From a virus: 64,000 nt of DNA. Under the pieces are notes generated by a model that searched no databases, was not told the origin of the DNA, and was given only the letters and a program-made list of their open reading frames with translations. Positions 61,278 through 64,000 of the stretch are shown here, piece by piece. The translations under genes and the position numbers were made by a program. Position 1 is the first letter of the stretch. Every line of letters starts with the position of its first letter. The stretch lies in the IMG/VR virus record IMGVR_UViG_3300007735_000798, positions 40,737-104,736 of that record, one strand, 5' to 3'.

Positions 61278-61350
61278 GCGGGGCAATGTTCCAAGGCTGG
61301 CGAGAAGGTCTCCAAAACCATCTGGCAGAGTTCGATTCTCTGGCCTCGTG
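61278..61350 (+). tRNA. tRNA-Trp(CCA)
   Basis: Acceptor GCGGGGC/GCCTCGT, anticodon loop CTCCAAA, T arm CAGAG-TTCGATT-CTCTG; weak D arm; no encoded CCA. Confidence 0.75.
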
Positions 61351-61353
61351 CGC

Positions 61354-61425
61354 GGGATGGTAGCTCAAAGGTAGAGCAGCGCCCTTTTAAGGCGTTGGTT
61401 GTGAGTTCGATCCTCACCCATCCCA
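61354..61425 (+). tRNA. tRNA-Lys(TTT)
   Basis: GGGATGG/CCATCCC acceptor, GCTC/GAGC D arm, GCGCC-CTTTTAA-GGCGT, GTGAG-TTCGATC-CTCAC. Confidence 0.92.
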
Positions 61426-61470
61426 TAAAAAATCCATTGACAAATCAATTTTTTCTGATATATTAGGTGT

Positions 61471-61599
61471 ATGAAAAAGAAAACCACCGCTGAAAAAACT
61501 CTCACCGAGATTGCCAAGATCGCCCTGTTTGAGGCTAACGCCAAAACTGGCCTAAAAAAAATCCAAAAAATCTTGGAAAATTTTCAAAAAACCCATTGA
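61471..61599 (+). CDS. Small Lys-rich protein
   Basis: 42 aa after a TTGACA-N16-TATATT promoter. Confidence 0.55.
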   Translation: MKKKTTAEKTLTEIAKIALFEANAKTGLKKIQKILENFQKTH

Positions 61600-61630
61600 C
61601 ATTTCAATCAAATCCTTGTATTCTATAAAA

Positions 61631-61894
61631 ATGAAAGCACTACTAAAGAAAATCAAACTGGCAATCGCAGACTCCAAGTTCGGACAACTCTCCAATCCTG
61701 TGTATAGGTTGAAGTATCGTCCTTACACGGATCACGGAAACAAGGAGGTCTATGACTACCTCGTTTCGCGGCCCTTCGATGGGTTCGTGAATGGCTTCAC
61801 CGCCTACTGCTTCGGCAAGGGCGTTCGTAGGTTCCGCTTTGACGAGATCGTTGATCGTGAAGTGGTTCACATCTTTGGAAAGTCAGTTGCATAA
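61631..61894 (+). CDS. Stand-alone WYL-like domain protein
   Basis: YRLKY...VSRP...FTAYCFGKGVRRFRFDEI resembles the WYL C-terminal motif (AxC..R..R.FR.DRI). Confidence 0.55.
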   Translation: MKALLKKIKLAIADSKFGQLSNPVYRLKYRPYTDHGNKEVYDYLVSRPFDGFVNGFTAYCFGKGVRRFRFDEIVDREVVHIFGKSVA

Positions 61895-61909
61895 CTTTTG
61901 CTCAATTAA

Positions 61910-62623
61910 ATATCTGCGAGTTCATAGCCAGAGGGAACTGGTGTCCACGCGCAGAGAATAAACTCCCACAATTTTTAGTTCTTTTACAATTTGCAAAACA
62001 AGCCCGAATAAAGTATCGGAATAAAAGATGGACAGAAACAAGGGTCTGTCGTCATACATAAAACCCTCCGAGGCTGAAATCATTTTTTCCGAAAGGAAGA
62101 GAATATCCAATGCTTCTATAGAACCGATGTGCGCTCGGATGCTGCTTGGAGAATAAGGCGCACAAAAAATTTTACCAACCCATTCCGAAAACCCCAATGA
62201 TTGTTGGGGAACCATGCTACGGCATAGGGGTGGGTGGTAAAAAACTCTCCCAAGCTCTGGCGGACATTTCTCCGTTCAACTTGTGAGCTAGTCGCCGCAA
62301 GGCGATTCGATGTCGGTGCTGCCAGAAGGCACGGAGTCAACGGCAGGGAGTTCTGGCCTCCCTGTCACACTTTCTTTGAAAAAAATTTGATGGTCTACTA
62401 ACCATAGTCTAGAAAGAGAGGTTAGTAGCGTAAGCCGACGCCGTTATAGTTTAGGGCCATCTACACATCCGATTGGGAGTAATGAACCAATAGTCAGAAC
62501 CCACTGATGAAGAGAAGCAGATCATGCCTGTGATAAGGGGGATGGTCACCGTGACCCGCGTTCGGCACGCGTTAGCTGTATCGGCCCGATTCCGCAAGGA
62601 AAAAGACGGCAAGAGAAAGCAGC
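61910..62623 (+). ncRNA. Large structured non-coding RNA (GOLLD/ROOL-class size, family unassigned)
   Basis: ~710 nt with no credible ORF; many hairpins with GNRA/UNCG loops and a long-range stem. Confidence 0.7.
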
Positions 62624-62700
62624 CGAACTTCTTAATTATCAAGCACTTACAACGGCGCGCCCCGCCGCGCCACTTAAGTCGTTCATTATCAACACTTTAC
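62624..62700 (+). repeat. 77-bp element R11
   Basis: Arms ...TATCAAGCACTTAC and TTAAGTCGTTCATTATCAACACTTTAC around the GC core. Confidence 0.85.
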
Positions 62701-62875
62701 ATTTTCAACATGGAAAATCTTGACAGGCGCATAGAAAACGTGTAATAGTTCAAGCCAAATTTGGACAACAGCCCACAGAAGGTGTATTTGTAACAAAAAT
62801 CATCAGCGGCTATCAACAAAAATATTTTCTACAAAACCAGTTGACAATAAAATCAAATAGGGCTATCTTTAGAGC

Positions 62876-63601
62876 ATGATCACCACACAACTGCCTCTCC
62901 CTATGCGTTGCTCGTCTGACGCTTTGGTGCAACCCGAATTGGAATTGAAGCCTACGCGCAATCCGCAATTCATGCGCGTCGAAAAATTCTTTGACTCGCT
63001 CGACCGCTCGCGTGTTAGCGAGTATGTTGACTACTGGACTTCTATCGCGCCCAAGGGAACGCAAGACTCAATGTTGCGTTGGCTGTTCGCGTTCATGTCT
63101 GTGCATACAAGCTGGAAGTCTAATGTCAACGGCTACAATGCAATCAAGACTCTCGACTGGTGGCACGATCAGCAAGTTCTTCTCAACAAGCTCAAGCATA
63201 GTGGCGTTGGCTTGCACAACAACCGCACAAAGTTTGTGTGGGAGTTCCAGCAAAAGTTCTGGAAAGACATTCCGAAATACTCGCATGAACCCGCGCATTG
63301 GCGCAACCATCGTGATCAACTCGTCAAGGATGTTCTTGGTCTTGGCAAGGCCAAAGTCTCGTTCTCCTTGGAGATGATGCATCCCGACAAGTGCGAGGTT
63401 GTCTGCATGGATACTCATATGTTCCAAGCCTACGGACTCGACCAAACCAAAGACGAAAAACATTACGATAACATTGAGGCTCATTGGATCACCATGTGCC
63501 GCGCATACGATGTTCCTTGCTACATCGCTCGCTGTTTGTATTGGGATGCGATCCAAGACAAGCAGGACTCGCGCTACTGGTCGTATGTTTTTGAAGAATA
63601 A
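62876..63601 (+). CDS. HhH-GPD superfamily DNA glycosylase/AP lyase
   Basis: GVGLHNNR, HhH LGLGKAK, MDTH catalytic Asp; no Fe-S Cys cluster. Confidence 0.75.
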   Translation: MITTQLPLPMRCSSDALVQPELELKPTRNPQFMRVEKFFDSLDRSRVSEYVDYWTSIAPKGTQDSMLRWLFAFMSVHTSWKSNVNGYNAIKTLDWWHDQQVLLNKLKHSGVGLHNNRTKFVWEFQQKFWKDIPKYSHEPAHWRNHRDQLVKDVLGLGKAKVSFSLEMMHPDKCEVVCMDTHMFQAYGLDQTKDEKHYDNIEAHWITMCRAYDVPCYIARCLYWDAIQDKQDSRYWSYVFEE

Positions 63602-63639
63602 TCCTTGCAATCCATCTCAAAAAACCATACATTAACAAT

Positions 63640-63858
63640 ATGAACAAAACCATCATCACTCGTCGCTCACCATTCACTGGTAAAGTCCATCAGATGGAGA
63701 TTCCTCTTTCTCCAATGGAGTTTGCTAAACGCGAAATCCTCTGGCAAACAGGGGAACTCATCCAAAACGCTTTCCCCATGCTCGACGCTGGTCAGCGCGA
63801 GTTCATCAAGACGGGCATCACGCCCGACGAGTGGGACAATATGTTCGGAGAAGACTAA
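63640..63858 (+). CDS. Phage hypothetical protein
   Basis: SPFTG...LIQNAFP.L...REFIKTGITP.EW. Confidence 0.75.
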   Translation: MNKTIITRRSPFTGKVHQMEIPLSPMEFAKREILWQTGELIQNAFPMLDAGQREFIKTGITPDEWDNMFGED

Positions 63859-63879
63859 TATAGAAAGGAGGGGAATATA

Positions 63880-64000
63880 ATGAAACTAATCGCAGGTGCT
63901 ATCTATAACTACAAGGGAGAAGCCGTTCGTTTCCGCAAGGAAGTGGGAGCCGTGTCTGTCTTGTCGCGCCGTAAGAAAGCTGGTTTCTTGGGTCGCACTG
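63880..64000 (+). CDS. Hypothetical protein, partial
   Basis: SD AAGGAGG, ATG at 63880, runs off the window. Confidence 0.55.
   Translation, partial: MKLIAGAIYNYKGEAVRFRKEVGAVSVLSRRKKAGFLGRT

Larger units (their letters stand above)
50370..63640 (+). promoter_or_regulatory. Array of sigma70-type early promoters (more than 20), leaderless
   Basis: A tract, then TTG(A/C)(C/T/A)N, N16-17 often ending in TGn, TANNNT, N6-7, ATG; e.g. 50382-50409, 50716-50743, 51246-51273, 51507-51534, 52428-52455, 52649-52676. Confidence 0.85.

Noticed and set aside
62495-62530. Hammerhead ribozyme core (CTGATGA)
   Set aside because: No stem II followed by GAAA in the required arrangement.
61910-62623. RNase P RNA or tmRNA
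   Set aside because: Lacks GAGGAAAGTCC/P4 signatures and tRNA-like ends with a T arm and CCA.
51084-62700. 77-bp repeats as a CRISPR array
   Set aside because: Intervening DNA is 0.4-1.6 kb and contains genes, the repeats are degenerate, and no cas genes are present.
51084-62700. Repeats as canonical dif/Xer sites, attC sites or intrinsic terminators
   Set aside because: No XerD arm (TTATGTTAAAT), no consistent RYYYAAC/GTTRRRY ends, and no U tract after the hairpins; the similarity is architectural only.
50344-63677. Minus-strand and overlapping alternative-frame ORFs in the early region
   Set aside because: Shadows of GC-richer plus-strand genes and repeats; the promoter-ATG geometry identifies the real frames.
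1-64000. Stop-codon reassignment
   Set aside because: Genes are long and tightly packed under the standard code, and both tRNAs have sense anticodons.

Overview
This window is part of a large tailed dsDNA phage genome (siphovirus-like, probably with a diderm host) and has two very different halves. (1) Positions 1-~49,950 are AT-rich and hold an almost entirely minus-strand late/virion module. It includes PhoH, Hsp20, a phage sigma factor, an ERCC4 nuclease, terminase, portal, tail fibres, a lysis cassette, HNH, a GT4 glycosyltransferase, protease/scaffold, capsid, neck, tail tube, chaperones, a 2964-aa tape measure protein (TMP) and tail-tip genes. Many of these genes are preceded by a GTGTAA motif, a candidate late promoter. 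The TMP is unusual: 11 copies of an (A/S)xG(F/Y)(I/V)PN(F/Y)A peptide divide it into modules, two resembling PD-(D/E)xK nucleases and one or two resembling ADP-ribosyltransferases, which suggests an injected effector polyprotein. (2) After a non-coding junction at ~49,960-50,345 the DNA becomes much more GC-rich and switches to the plus strand. About 35 small ORFs follow, most with their own sigma70-type promoter ending 6-7 nt before the ATG (leaderless). They are divided into cassettes by 11 copies of a fixed-length 77-bp element: a 27-bp palindrome carrying the IHF consensus, a 23-bp GC core, then a second 27-bp palindrome. Five copies have a sigma54-like -24/-12 motif at a fixed 12-bp distance. 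This half also contains tRNA-Trp, tRNA-Lys, a ~190-nt promoter-driven structured RNA, a WYL-like gene followed by a ~710-nt highly structured RNA, a Gp88-like gene and an HhH-GPD glycosylase. All functional calls come from motifs read by eye; no database searches were run.
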